Positions 9,950 to 19,719 of a DNA stretch of 64,000 nucleotides are shown in pieces. Source of the DNA: Nitrospiraceae bacterium (GTDB taxonomy: Bacteria > Nitrospirota > Nitrospiria > Nitrospirales > UBA2166); contig PBSN01000008.1 in assembly GCA_002726235.1 (NCBI GenBank), positions 164,550 to 228,549 on the forward strand. Reading direction: 5' to 3'. Every line of letters begins with the position of its first letter. The first letter of the stretch is position 1. Under the pieces are notes generated by a model. The model made no database searches and had not been told where the DNA came from. It was given only the letters and a program-made list of their open reading frames with translations. The translations under genes were made by a program, and so were the position numbers.

Positions 9950-10717
9950 GTGGCTGCTGAGTTCTTATGCCACGCACGCTACCGCATCTCTTCACTTTCT
10001 GGGATTCTGATTGTGGCTGAGGAATATGGTCTTTCGGTACGTGAATTTAAACGTCGTGTATTGGAAGGTGTAGCCAGGGCGGTACGAGAAGGTGTTGGCG
10101 TGTACTACTCTACTACGGAAGATGAGTTTGCGACACGTGAATATAGTAAGTCTGCTGTGTTGATTGTTCACGATGATTCTGCTGGACAACGGCATTTTAG
10201 GTCTATGACGTTGCGACAACAGCCTCTGACTTCACAGTATGTTGAATTTATGGCCACAGGATTGCTTCGACTGAGCACGAGGCTTCTTAGTCTGAAGGAT
10301 GAAAAGATAGAAGGTCCGCAGATACGGGCTAAGGCACGGCAACTGGAGGCACTCGCCATTCGTATTCGCAAAGTCTTTGGTGAGGTACAGCGCGAGCATG
10401 GTGAGGAAAGTCTCTATTTGAACGCACTGTCTCTTGTAAACGTGGGTGAGTTTGACGTCTCGGTTCCAGTGACTCGGCAGAAAATAGAAGTACCGTTGAT
10501 GGAATTGGTCATGAAGCTCATGGGCGGCGCACCTGATGTGATGGAATTTGTGAAACGAGTGGTCGATGCTCTTCCCGAAGGTTCTCTCACCGAGGAGGTT
10601 GTGCTTGGGACCGTCGAAAATGTTGCCGTTGACCATGATCCGCCAGAAATTGTCGATGAAACGCGCTGTGCTGCACAAGTGGTGTATGGGGGGTTGGCAC
10701 GGTGGGAGGCTTCTTGA
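9950..10717 (+). CDS. Hypothetical soluble protein, no recognisable domain
   Basis: 255-codon ORF on the same strand as hpnH, 38 nt downstream. GTG start without a clear SD, no TM segment or signal peptide. A 148-aa antisense ORF also stays open, so coding status is only moderately supported. Confidence 0.45.
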   Translation: MAAEFLCHARYRISSLSGILIVAEEYGLSVREFKRRVLEGVARAVREGVGVYYSTTEDEFATREYSKSAVLIVHDDSAGQRHFRSMTLRQQPLTSQYVEFMATGLLRLSTRLLSLKDEKIEGPQIRAKARQLEALAIRIRKVFGEVQREHGEESLYLNALSLVNVGEFDVSVPVTRQKIEVPLMELVMKLMGGAPDVMEFVKRVVDALPEGSLTEEVVLGTVENVAVDHDPPEIVDETRCAAQVVYGGLARWEAS

Positions 10718-10817
10718 GTCTCTGGTTATTTCTCCCTTTCGCTAACCTACGTGCGGTGTAGTGTTGAGGAATCGGACTCTAATGCCGACACTGTGTGTTT
10801 CCATTGATGTGGCTTTG

Positions 10818-10846
10818 TTGCTTTTCTGGAGACGCTGACTTATACT
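10818..10846 (+). promoter_or_regulatory. Candidate sigma70-type promoter for tatA
   Basis: TTGCTT (10818-10823), 17-nt spacer, TATACT (10841-10846). An AGGGAG SD precedes ATG 10894. Confidence 0.45.
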
Positions 10847-10893
10847 AAAACGCCGTTGTACTTACCCCTTACAGTCAAACAGGGAGATCTACC

Positions 10894-11148
10894 ATGTTCG
10901 GAAGTTTAGGATTTACAGAGCTTATTCTCATTCTTTTCATCGTCCTTGTCATTTTCGGTGCTGGAAAGCTTCCCCAACTTGGTGAAGGGATTGGAAAAGC
11001 GATTAAGGGCTTTAAACGGTCTGTCCATGATGAACCAGCGATTGATGTGAATGCTGACGCATCGAGTGCAGATCAAGGTGAGAGCACGCAATCCGATACG
11101 GCGGCTCCGCAGCAAGAGACTTCTCGTCCCACCTCATCGAATACTTGA
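10894..11148 (+). CDS. tatA: Twin-arginine translocase subunit TatA/E
   Basis: MFGSLGFTELILILFIVLVIFGAGKLPQLGEGIGKAIKGFKRSV is the canonical TatA N-terminal TM helix plus amphipathic helix. Confidence 0.9.
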   Translation: MFGSLGFTELILILFIVLVIFGAGKLPQLGEGIGKAIKGFKRSVHDEPAIDVNADASSADQGESTQSDTAAPQQETSRPTSSNT

Positions 11149-11159
11149 TCTTCTTTACC

Positions 11160-11194
11160 ACTTGACCCATCTGATGTGATGTCTGGGGTCAAGT
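11160..11194 (+). terminator. Stem-loop downstream of tatA (possible terminator or stabiliser)
   Basis: ACTTGACCC (11160-11168) pairs perfectly with GGGTCAAGT (11186-11194), with a 17-nt loop, 12 nt after the tatA stop. No U-tract follows, so it is not a classic intrinsic terminator. Confidence 0.35.
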
Positions 11195-11363
11195 TCCTGT
11201 CTCACCAAAGTCTTACCCCAATGCAGTGATTGCGGTTGCGGCATGCTCGCTTGGTCTCTATCTAGGGTCGTTCTGGCATCAGTGTTCCGAGAAGGATATT
11301 TGTTGGAAACAGCAGACTACATGATAAGTCCGGTATATCGGTATAATGGTGACTGTGAGCGTG

Positions 11364-12443
11364 ATGACCAATAGCCTACGTATTGCCGTAGCGATCATTC
11401 TCCTTCCTCTCTTCAGTAGTGGTTGTCAACAAGAGGAAGCTGAGGAGTCTCCTCGGCGGTCACATTCTTCGCCTGTCAAAGTTGCATCGGTAGTTGTCAA
11501 AGAGGTTCAACAGTCTGTTACGCTTGTCGGAACAGTTGAACCTTGGAAGCGAAGTCTTGTCGCAAGCGAGATTGAGGGTTTGGTTGAAGAATACCCGCTG
11601 AATGAAGGCGATGTTGTTCAAGAGGGTGAACTGCTTGCACGCCTTCGGACCGACACGATTGACATTCAGATGAAGGAAGCATTGGCTCGACGCCGGGAAG
11701 GGATTGCGCGATATCGAAAGGCAAAGTTTCAGCTCAACCGTACGAAAGCATTGTTGCGAACGGGTACGGCATCCCGGCAACAGTTTGAGGACGATGAAGC
11801 GGAAGAGCTTGCTCTTCATGAGCGATTGACTCAACTAGAATCACAGATCCGGGAATATCAAGATCAATTGCGGATGGCGAAGATTCTTGCTCCGTTTGCT
11901 GGGTGGATTATCGAAGAACATTCTGAACTTGGACAATGGGTTGAGAAAGGCGGACCTGTGGTGGAGATGCTGGATCTGTCGCATGTGCAAGTTGAGGTGC
12001 CACTTCCGGAACGCTATGTGAACGGAGTGAAGCTTGGAGATTCCGTCATCGTGCATTTTGATGCCGTGCCGTTGATAGAGTTTTCCGGGACGATTTTTTC
12101 TATCGTTGCACAGGCTGATCCAGAGACGAGAACTTTTCCGATTAGAATTGATGTTCCGAACCCAGAGGGACGAATCAAAAGCGGTATGTTCTCCCGAATT
12201 ACGCTGGCAGTTGGCCGGCCTTATCAGGCGATGCTGGTTCCAAAGGATGCGGTGGTTCTGCGAGGTGGAACGGAGTTTGTTGTTGTCGTCAACGAAGGAA
12301 CGGTCACTCAGGTGCCTGTTCAATTAGGCCAACATGTTGATCACTCAGTCGAAGTCACTGGTAATCTAAGTGAAGGAATGAATGTTGTCGTTCAAGGCAA
12401 CGAACGTCTATTGACCGGGCAACAGGTTACAATTCTTCAGTAG
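11364..12443 (+). CDS. RND efflux periplasmic adaptor (membrane fusion protein, HlyD family), lipoprotein
   Basis: Lipobox LPLFSSGC. Also a coiled-coil hairpin region, a beta-barrel domain and a typical ...VVQGNERLLTGQQV end. Start set at ATG 11364 (MTNSLRIAV...); the track ORF begins at 11346. Confidence 0.85.
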   Translation: MTNSLRIAVAIILLPLFSSGCQQEEAEESPRRSHSSPVKVASVVVKEVQQSVTLVGTVEPWKRSLVASEIEGLVEEYPLNEGDVVQEGELLARLRTDTIDIQMKEALARRREGIARYRKAKFQLNRTKALLRTGTASRQQFEDDEAEELALHERLTQLESQIREYQDQLRMAKILAPFAGWIIEEHSELGQWVEKGGPVVEMLDLSHVQVEVPLPERYVNGVKLGDSVIVHFDAVPLIEFSGTIFSIVAQADPETRTFPIRIDVPNPEGRIKSGMFSRITLAVGRPYQAMLVPKDAVVLRGGTEFVVVVNEGTVTQVPVQLGQHVDHSVEVTGNLSEGMNVVVQGNERLLTGQQVTILQ

Positions 12444-12523
12444 CGATCAGGGTACGATTCTCGAATTGGCATCACGCTGTGGAAAAATAAGTGTGAGGCT
12501 GCATTGCTGCTCACTATTTATTC

Positions 12524-15500
12524 ATGAAACTCGTTAATTTCGCGATCCGAAATCCGGTGAGTGTCACCGTGTGGGTGCTCTTCATCGCGCTGTTCGCGAT
12601 CGTCTCCATTTTTCGCCTTCCGATCCAACTTGCGCCTGACGTCGAAAAGCCAGAGATTACGGTGGAGACGGATTGGTTTGGGGCGAGTCCGCAGGAAGTT
12701 GAACGAGAAATTATCGATGAACAAGAGGAAGAACTTCGAGGGGTTGAAGGCCTAGAGAAAATGTTTAGTGAAAGTTCGGATGGAGGGGGGCGCATTATTT
12801 TGCGGTTTCCGGCCGGCACGGATATGGATACAGCGCTTCTTCGGGTCGATAATCGCTTGAATCAGGTCGAAGAGTATCCGATCGACGTGGATAAGCCCGT
12901 TATTACGAGTGCTGATGTCAGGGGTAGTGCGATTGCATGGTTTATTGTAGAGCCGGTCCAAGGGAATCCAGTTGATATTCAGACCATGCGCAATTTTATT
13001 GAAGATATGGTGAAGCCGCGATTCGAGCGCGTACCTGGCGTTGCAATTTCCAATGTTTATGGAGGACAAGAGCGCGAGATACAGGTTCTTGTTGATCCCG
13101 CCAAGCTTGCGGCTCGCTCAATTACCATGTTGCAGCTTGCGCAGGCCGTCGATCGCGAAAATCGCAACTATAGCGGCGGTGATTTCGATGAAGGGAAACG
13201 CAGCTACGTAGTGCGAACGGTCGGGGAGTATCCGAATCCGAAAGCGGTTGAGAATGTAGTGATTGCGCAAATGGATGGGGCACCTGTTTATGTTCGTGAC
13301 GTTGGGACTGTCCACGTTGGATACAAAGATCCTCAGACCGTGGTGCGAGAGATGGGCAGAACCGCGATCGCTGTTAACGCCATTCGCGAAATCGGGGCCA
13401 ATATTCTTGACACAATGGATGGATTGAAAGAGGCGTTGCATGAGTTGAACGAGGGTGCATTAAATACTCGAGGGCTGCACATCTACCAAGTCTACGATGA
13501 AACAATTTATGTCAACAGTTCTCTTGATCTTGTCAAGCAGAACTTGGTGATTGGAAGTCTTCTCGCGGTTATGGTGTTGTTCCTATTTTTGCGAACCGGA
13601 AGCAGTACCTTGGTGGTGGGAGTTGCGATTCCGATTAGCATTATGGGGACGTTTATCATGTTATGGGTGCTGGGACGTAACTTGAACGTGGTGAGTTTAG
13701 CGGGCATGACGTTTGCCGCAGGGATGCTCGTCGACAACGCTATCGTGGTACTGGAAAACATCTACCGCCACCGAGAATCGGGAAAGTCGCTGTTCCAAGC
13801 GGCCTATGATGGGACAGTTGAAGTATGGGGAGCGGTACTGGCGAGTACGCTGACCACGATTGCGGTGTTTGTGCCGATCATTTTCGTTGAGGAACAGGCA
13901 GGGCAACTTTTTCGAGATATTGCCATTGCTATTAGTGCAGGTGTGGGTCTCAGCCTCCTGGTATCAATCCTAGTCGTCCCGACGCTTTCGGCGCGTGTTC
14001 TTACGACGGCAAGTGTGCGGGAAGACAGCAAATCGCAGGGTTCAAAATTGGACCGTGGAGGGCTACGCCAGAAGATGCCATCCATTCCTGATCAGTTAGC
14101 GTACTTGGTGCACTGGTTGTGTGGTGGAGTTGTCCGGCGTGTGGTACTCGTTGGTGGGCTTACTGCACTGGCGATTAGTATGGGTTGGGCATTGCTTCCG
14201 AAGGCGGAATATCTTCCGGAAGGGAATCGAAATTTGGTGATGGGTGTACTTCTTCCACCGCCAGGCTATAACACGGATGAATTTATCGAAATGGGTAAAA
14301 CAATTGAGGCGGTTCTTATGCCACATTGGGAGGTCAAGCCGGGTTCTCCTGAGGAAGCTGCGCTAGACGGACCAAGTATCTTAAACTTTTTCTATGTTGC
14401 GCGAGGGCGACAGGTATTTCTTGGGGGGAGAACAAACGATCCTTCAAAAATACGGGACTTAATTCCATTATATCGAAAAGCAACACGTGATCTTCCAGGC
14501 GTTATTCCGATTATCAAGCAACGTGGGTTGTTTGAACGTGGCCTTGCCGGTGGAAGAACGATCGAGCTTGAAATCACTGGTCCTGACTTGAACATTCTTT
14601 TGATGCATGGAGGCAATATCTTTCGGCAGGTGAAGGCACTTATTCCAAGCGCTCAGGTTCAGCCAGTGCCAAGCCTTGATCTTGGAAGTCCAGAAGTTCA
14701 AGTGGTGTTAAAGCGTGATCGTGCCGCGGATGTGCAGATGACGAACCAGGAGTTGGGTTTTACGGTTGATGCGTTGGTGGATGGTGCGAGAGCGAGCGAC
14801 TTTCAGTTTGAAGGTGATGAAATCGACCTCACCATACGGGGAGAAGATCAGTATGCAACCAGAACGCAAGATCTCGCCCACCTCCCACTGTATGCGCCAG
14901 GAGGGCAACTAACAACACTTGGCGCGATTGCGGAGATCGATGTGGTGGCCGGACCAGAACAAATCAACCATATCGAGCAAAAACGATCGATCATGATTCG
15001 AGTCGTTCCCCCAGATGAAATGCCAATTGAAGAAGCCATGGACTTAATTGATGAGCAGGTAATTGTCCCGTTAGAGACCAGTGGGACGTTAGGGCGATTA
15101 TACGCATTGACGATTTCGGGAACTGCCGACGACCTTACATTGACCTACCAAGCCTTAAAGTGGAATTTTCTTCTTGCACTTATCATCACCTATCTTCTCA
15201 TGGCCTCTCTTTTTGAGAGTTTTCTGTATCCATTTGTCATCATCTTTAGTGTGCCGCTAGCTGCGGCTGGCGGTTTGCTTGGATTGTTCTTGGTGAGCAA
15301 TTTGGTAACGTATCAAGCACTCGACGTTCTTACCATGCTTGGTTTTATTATTCTCATCGGGGTGGTGGTGAATAATGCCATTCTCATTGTCCATCAAGCG
15401 CTCAATCTTATGTATCCTGATCGATTGCAGAATGCATCAGACGGCATCGAATCCACAAAAAAAGGCCTTTCTATCCGTGATGCCATCAGTGAGTCTGTTC

Positions 15501-15727
15501 GCATTCGCGTCCGGCCTATTTTTATGAGCATGATGACGACGGTGTTTGGATTGTTGCCGCTGATTCTGGCAACTGGGCCAGGCTCGGAACTTTACCGTGG
15601 CATTGGCAGCGTGGTGCTTGGAGGATTGGTGGTTTCGACAATATTTACGCTACTGCTTGTTCCTTCTTTGTTTAGCCTCGCTATGGATGTGCGGAGAAAG
15701 TGGTCTGACGCTCCGGCTCATTCGTGA
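12524..15727 (+). CDS. RND efflux transporter permease (AcrB/HAE1-like)
   Basis: 1067 aa, starting MKLVNFAIRNPVSVTVWVLFIALFAIVSIFRLPIQLAPDVEKPEITV. It has twelve-TM architecture with two large periplasmic loops and AGMLVDNAIVVLENI. Confidence 0.95.
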   Translation: MKLVNFAIRNPVSVTVWVLFIALFAIVSIFRLPIQLAPDVEKPEITVETDWFGASPQEVEREIIDEQEEELRGVEGLEKMFSESSDGGGRIILRFPAGTDMDTALLRVDNRLNQVEEYPIDVDKPVITSADVRGSAIAWFIVEPVQGNPVDIQTMRNFIEDMVKPRFERVPGVAISNVYGGQEREIQVLVDPAKLAARSITMLQLAQAVDRENRNYSGGDFDEGKRSYVVRTVGEYPNPKAVENVVIAQMDGAPVYVRDVGTVHVGYKDPQTVVREMGRTAIAVNAIREIGANILDTMDGLKEALHELNEGALNTRGLHIYQVYDETIYVNSSLDLVKQNLVIGSLLAVMVLFLFLRTGSSTLVVGVAIPISIMGTFIMLWVLGRNLNVVSLAGMTFAAGMLVDNAIVVLENIYRHRESGKSLFQAAYDGTVEVWGAVLASTLTTIAVFVPIIFVEEQAGQLFRDIAIAISAGVGLSLLVSILVVPTLSARVLTTASVREDSKSQGSKLDRGGLRQKMPSIPDQLAYLVHWLCGGVVRRVVLVGGLTALAISMGWALLPKAEYLPEGNRNLVMGVLLPPPGYNTDEFIEMGKTIEAVLMPHWEVKPGSPEEAALDGPSILNFFYVARGRQVFLGGRTNDPSKIRDLIPLYRKATRDLPGVIPIIKQRGLFERGLAGGRTIELEITGPDLNILLMHGGNIFRQVKALIPSAQVQPVPSLDLGSPEVQVVLKRDRAADVQMTNQELGFTVDALVDGARASDFQFEGDEIDLTIRGEDQYATRTQDLAHLPLYAPGGQLTTLGAIAEIDVVAGPEQINHIEQKRSIMIRVVPPDEMPIEEAMDLIDEQVIVPLETSGTLGRLYALTISGTADDLTLTYQALKWNFLLALIITYLLMASLFESFLYPFVIIFSVPLAAAGGLLGLFLVSNLVTYQALDVLTMLGFIILIGVVVNNAILIVHQALNLMYPDRLQNASDGIESTKKGLSIRDAISESVRIRVRPIFMSMMTTVFGLLPLILATGPGSELYRGIGSVVLGGLVVSTIFTLLLVPSLFSLAMDVRRKWSDAPAHS

Positions 15728-15749
15728 GAACCTACGGAGAATAGAAATT

Positions 15750-16397
15750 TTACGAAGACGTATGAAGTGAAGAGTGTAAGTTTATGTCTTTTCCGTTGCG
15801 ACACATGAACGTCGCCTGCCACTTCAATCGTCCTCTCTGTTTTTTTAATACACCGTTCACCGAATACGAATGTGTTTGCTCTTGCCCGTGAGGTTTGATT
15901 GTCACTTCAAATCTGTGGATCACTGCATACCCATTGTGGGCTTCATAGTCATCGATGAATGCCTGGACGAGGAATGCTCGTTCCTGTGGACTTTTAAAAA
16001 ACGGAGCTGGCAGAACAGGCATCTTGAGAAGCTCTTCAAGTGGGTGATTAAAATGGCGGGACGCACTGTTGCTGATCATATCAGGTTTGGCGATTAGTAA
16101 CGCTTCCACGGTGGGTTGTTCTGGATATGCGACGAAAATATAGGGTACGGCATCTTTGATAAAGTCGTGTTCGGCAACCCGTTGATTGATGCGCATTGCT
16201 GTTCGGGAAATGAAAAATGGTGGAATGAACGGCACGAGAAAAACCAGGTATTTAAACGGAGGCCAGATCTCCATGAGGGCCTGGACCACTTGCAGTAACA
16301 TGATGATGCTTGTTCCCACAACAAGAGTTGCTCTTATGGGTTTGGATACGATCTGCTCGAGTGTGTGTTGAACGATTCCTGATGATTGTGTAGCCAT
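15750..16397 (-). CDS. Hypothetical membrane-anchored protein
   Basis: Two N-terminal hydrophobic helices (LVVGTSIIMLLQVVQALMEIW, YLVFLVPFIPPFFI) precede a ~140-aa soluble domain with no motif I recognise. It lies 20 nt downstream of the symporter on the same strand. Start set at MATQSSG to avoid overlap. Confidence 0.5.
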   Translation of the reverse strand: MATQSSGIVQHTLEQIVSKPIRATLVVGTSIIMLLQVVQALMEIWPPFKYLVFLVPFIPPFFISRTAMRINQRVAEHDFIKDAVPYIFVAYPEQPTVEALLIAKPDMISNSASRHFNHPLEELLKMPVLPAPFFKSPQERAFLVQAFIDDYEAHNGYAVIHRFEVTIKPHGQEQTHSYSVNGVLKKQRGRLKWQATFMCRNGKDINLHSSLHTSS

Positions 16398-16416
16398 GAG
16401 GTCTCGTTTCTGCGGC

Positions 16417-17793
16417 TTATGAGTCGAATTCCAAGAGGCCAACCGCGTTGAGGAAGATCAGGGCTACGAACACTGGTGCGATATACCGCAGGGTTATCTG
16501 CCATGCTGAATATAAAGTTCCATCGCCGAGAGCAAGTTCATCAACGGTTGATTTATGCGACATCAACCATGATGCAAACACTGCCATCAACAATCCACCG
16601 AGGGGAAGCAGAATGTTCGCGGTAAACCCTTCCACGATATCAAAAAACGTTAGTCCGAAAATGGTAATTCCGGCCCAGACATTAAGTGAAAGTAGGCAGC
16701 CTATTCCGATAAACCACGCAAGCATGCCGGAACTTAGTGTTGCCATGATACGGGTCATGCCGTGGTTTTCTACCAACCACGTTACTGCTGGTTCAAGAAG
16801 CGAAATTGCCGATGTCAGTGCAGCAAACACAAGCAAGATGAAGAAGAGGGTTCCGACAAGCTGACCGAATGGCATTTGGCCAAAGGCAATGGGTAATGTT
16901 TTGAAAATCAATCCGGAGCCTTCGGATGGCTCTAATGCATAGGTAAACACGATGGGGAAAATTGCCATGCCGGCGAGAATCGCAATGAATGTATCAATGA
17001 ACGCGATAGTACAGGAGGTGTTTGCGATCGACGTTTGTTGGGGCAGGTATGCCCCATAAATCATGATGGCTCCCATGCCAAGACTGAGACTGAAGAATGC
17101 CTGTCCGAGAGCGATGAACACACCTGCCGCACTGATTTTGCTAAAATCTGGGGTGAATAGGTACACGAGTCCATCGATGAATTTTTCTGTAGTCATGGCA
17201 TAGCCGACCAACACGATGAGGATGATGAACAGTGTCGGCATCAAAAATCGTACTGTTCGCTCGAGGCCTCCGGTTACGCCGCGGGATACCACCATAATTG
17301 TCAACGCCATAAAAACAGTATGCCAGGCGAGAAGTTGTTTTGGGTCTGATATTAACTGTGTGAATATGGTTCTCGCACCTTCAGTGGTTGTGCCGTTGAA
17401 GGTTCCGGTTGCGGCGTGTACAACGTATGCAAGCGTCCAACCTGCGACTACGCTGTAAAAGGTTAAAACGAGGAATCCTGCTACGATACCCATCCACCCA
17501 ATACATTGCCACCATTCGCTTCGTCCTTCTTCTCGAGCCAGGGTTAGCATGGTGTTAATTGGCGTTTGTCTGCCGCGACGGCCAAGCATGACTTCTGCCA
17601 TCATGATCGGAATTCCTACCACGAGAACACAGAGAACGTAGATGAAAAGAAATGCTCCGCCGCCGTTTTCTCCGGTGATATAGGGGAATCGCCAAATGTT
17701 TCCTAATCCTACAGCTGAACCGGTTGCCGCAAGAATAAATGTCCAGCGGGATGACCACTGTCCATGTATGGATTCTCGTCTTTCAGTCAGCAT
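16417..17793 (-). CDS. Sodium-dependent transporter, neurotransmitter:sodium symporter (NSS/SNF) family
   Basis: WSSRWTFILAATGSAVGLGNIWRFPYITGENGGGAFL is the NSS signature; it is a polytopic membrane protein. Confidence 0.9.
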   Translation of the reverse strand: MLTERRESIHGQWSSRWTFILAATGSAVGLGNIWRFPYITGENGGGAFLFIYVLCVLVVGIPIMMAEVMLGRRGRQTPINTMLTLAREEGRSEWWQCIGWMGIVAGFLVLTFYSVVAGWTLAYVVHAATGTFNGTTTEGARTIFTQLISDPKQLLAWHTVFMALTIMVVSRGVTGGLERTVRFLMPTLFIILIVLVGYAMTTEKFIDGLVYLFTPDFSKISAAGVFIALGQAFFSLSLGMGAIMIYGAYLPQQTSIANTSCTIAFIDTFIAILAGMAIFPIVFTYALEPSEGSGLIFKTLPIAFGQMPFGQLVGTLFFILLVFAALTSAISLLEPAVTWLVENHGMTRIMATLSSGMLAWFIGIGCLLSLNVWAGITIFGLTFFDIVEGFTANILLPLGGLLMAVFASWLMSHKSTVDELALGDGTLYSAWQITLRYIAPVFVALIFLNAVGLLEFDS

Positions 17794-17883
17794 GATTATT
17801 TTGTTGGTGTGCGCTCAATGAGGGCTGTGGAGCACAGTATTCAATTATGTTGAAGATAGCAAGATAGGCCATTGCCATGAACG

Positions 17884-18768
17884 ATGCCTGAACTTCCAGA
17901 AGCAGAATGTGTCGTACGCTGTCTGCGTGGGCGTATTCTCGGGTCAACCATCACGTCAATCTGGGTTGGGAGATGTGATATTGTACGCCATGGTATTGAC
18001 TCATTGGACTGGTACACCGGGGCGCAGATTGTGGAGATTGAACGTAAGGGAAAATGCGTGGTGTTTGCGGCGTGTCGTGGGGGCAATACGAGGTATGTGG
18101 TTGCGGAACTTGGCATGAGTGGTCTATTGCTATTCAGCAAAACAGCTCAACCGCTTCCGCAACATACTCACCTTATTCTGAAGTTAGGTGGGGCAGAACC
18201 TGAAGTTCGCTACTGGAACGCACGTCGGTTTGGACGTGTTCATCTGTATGATCGTTCGGGAGTTGACCATTTTCTTAACTCAAGGTATGGCCCGGACCCG
18301 CTCTCCCTCTCGTTTGATTTGTTTGCCTCCATTCTTCGCGGTCGGAGGGGACGATTGAAGGCGTTGCTTATGCATCAGAAGGTCATTGCTGGGATAGGGA
18401 ATATTTATGCGAATGAAATTTTGTTTGACGCACGACTGCATCCACAGTGCCAGGCGGACCAATTGAGTTTTCATGAACAACGTCGTCTTTTCGCTTCAAT
18501 GAACGTGGTATTGCGTGGTGCGATCGCAGAAGGTGGATCTTCGGTCCAGAATTTTAAGATTCCTGATGGTAGGCGCGGAATGTTTCAAATGCATCATTTA
18601 GTGTATCGCAAAGAAGGCTTTGCGTGCCCCTCGGGATGTGGGAGCATAATTCGTCGTTTCACTACGGAGCGAAGCTCGTTTGTATGCGTGAAATGTCAGC
18701 GCCTTCCTCGGCGAAGGCGCGATGGTACTCGGAAGCTATCTCGGATTGTGAAATCAAGTAATCAATAA
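17884..18768 (+). CDS. mutM: Formamidopyrimidine-DNA glycosylase (Fpg/MutM)
   Basis: N-terminal MPELPEAE, H2TH region GIGNIYANEILF, and a C-terminal zinc finger CPSGCG...CVKCQ. About 22 extra residues follow the finger. Confidence 0.9.
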   Translation: MPELPEAECVVRCLRGRILGSTITSIWVGRCDIVRHGIDSLDWYTGAQIVEIERKGKCVVFAACRGGNTRYVVAELGMSGLLLFSKTAQPLPQHTHLILKLGGAEPEVRYWNARRFGRVHLYDRSGVDHFLNSRYGPDPLSLSFDLFASILRGRRGRLKALLMHQKVIAGIGNIYANEILFDARLHPQCQADQLSFHEQRRLFASMNVVLRGAIAEGGSSVQNFKIPDGRRGMFQMHHLVYRKEGFACPSGCGSIIRRFTTERSSFVCVKCQRLPRRRRDGTRKLSRIVKSSNQ

Positions 18769-19042
18769 TCGCCTCTTCGGTTACTCGATTTTGGATTTCC
18801 GCTCCGTACGATTGCACCATTTTTCTGACCGTTTTTGCCCAGAGAGTCTGTGTCTGTTCCCGGGTGAGGCGTGGTTGCATCGCAACGTAATCCAAGTTAT
18901 GGCAGGTGGTGCAATAAGTCTCGATGAGCCGTTGTCCCTGGGGAGGTACATCCTCAAGCGTTTGCGCACCCACGTGTAGCGGCAAAAGCATCCATAGGGA
19001 TACAAACATGCAAAGTCTTGTTCTCTTCAGCTGGTGTTTCAT
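18662..19042 (-). CDS. Small exported mono-haem c-type cytochrome
   Basis: Signal-like N-terminus MKHQLKRTRLCMFVSLWMLLPLHVGA and a single CTTCH haem-binding motif. The start is uncertain (ORF is open to 19123). The 3' end overlaps mutM by 107 nt. Confidence 0.6.
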   Translation of the reverse strand: MKHQLKRTRLCMFVSLWMLLPLHVGAQTLEDVPPQGQRLIETYCTTCHNLDYVAMQPRLTREQTQTLWAKTVRKMVQSYGAEIQNRVTEEAIIDYLISQSEIASEYHRAFAEEGADISRIQTSFAP

Positions 19043-19122
19043 GGCCACAGCGTTACCTGTCAAGTGAAGTTGATCAGTCATGGCTCTGGTGGTAGAGTGC
19101 CTCAATTGGTGCGGGTTTGGCA

Positions 19123-19719
19123 ATGTTCTGTGGAATTGTTGAAGAAATAGGTGTCATAAGTGGGAGCACTGGTGGACCGCAAGGTGCTCGGTTGACCATT
19201 CAAGGAACGGCGGTGCACGAGGGGCTTCGTGAAGGCGAGAGTGTTGCGGTGAGCGGCGTTTGTTTAACAGTGACCACTGTCAATACGGATCGGTTTGCTG
19301 TCGATGTCTCTCCGGAAACCTTAAGGGTGACAACCTTTGGCACTTTAAGTATTGGGGCTTTGGTCAATCTTGAGCGTTCAATGACGCTTGATCAGCGTAT
19401 TGATGGACATCTTGTCAGTGGACACGTTGATGGTATCGGAACCATTGTAGAGCGCAATGATGTTGGCAATTCCATTGTATTCCAGATCTCTGTGGATAAG
19501 GGAATTATGCGGCATTGTATCGTCAAGGGTTCAGTGGCGGTGGATGGAGTCAGCCTGACAATCAATCAGATCTTAAGGAGTGCCTTTGAGGTTGCGATTA
19601 TCCCGCATACGGCAGAGATGACCACGTTCGGGTCGAAAAACGTTGGGGATTCAGTCAATATCGAAACTGATATGATCGGAAAATATATCGAGCGTTTGTA
19701 CATCTCCTCGAGGTATTGA
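19123..19719 (+). CDS. ribE: Riboflavin synthase alpha chain
   Basis: MFCGIVEEIGVI ... GESVAVSGVCLTV ... GSVAVDGVSLTI shows the duplicated lumazine-binding repeats. Confidence 0.9.
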   Translation: MFCGIVEEIGVISGSTGGPQGARLTIQGTAVHEGLREGESVAVSGVCLTVTTVNTDRFAVDVSPETLRVTTFGTLSIGALVNLERSMTLDQRIDGHLVSGHVDGIGTIVERNDVGNSIVFQISVDKGIMRHCIVKGSVAVDGVSLTINQILRSAFEVAIIPHTAEMTTFGSKNVGDSVNIETDMIGKYIERLYISSRY

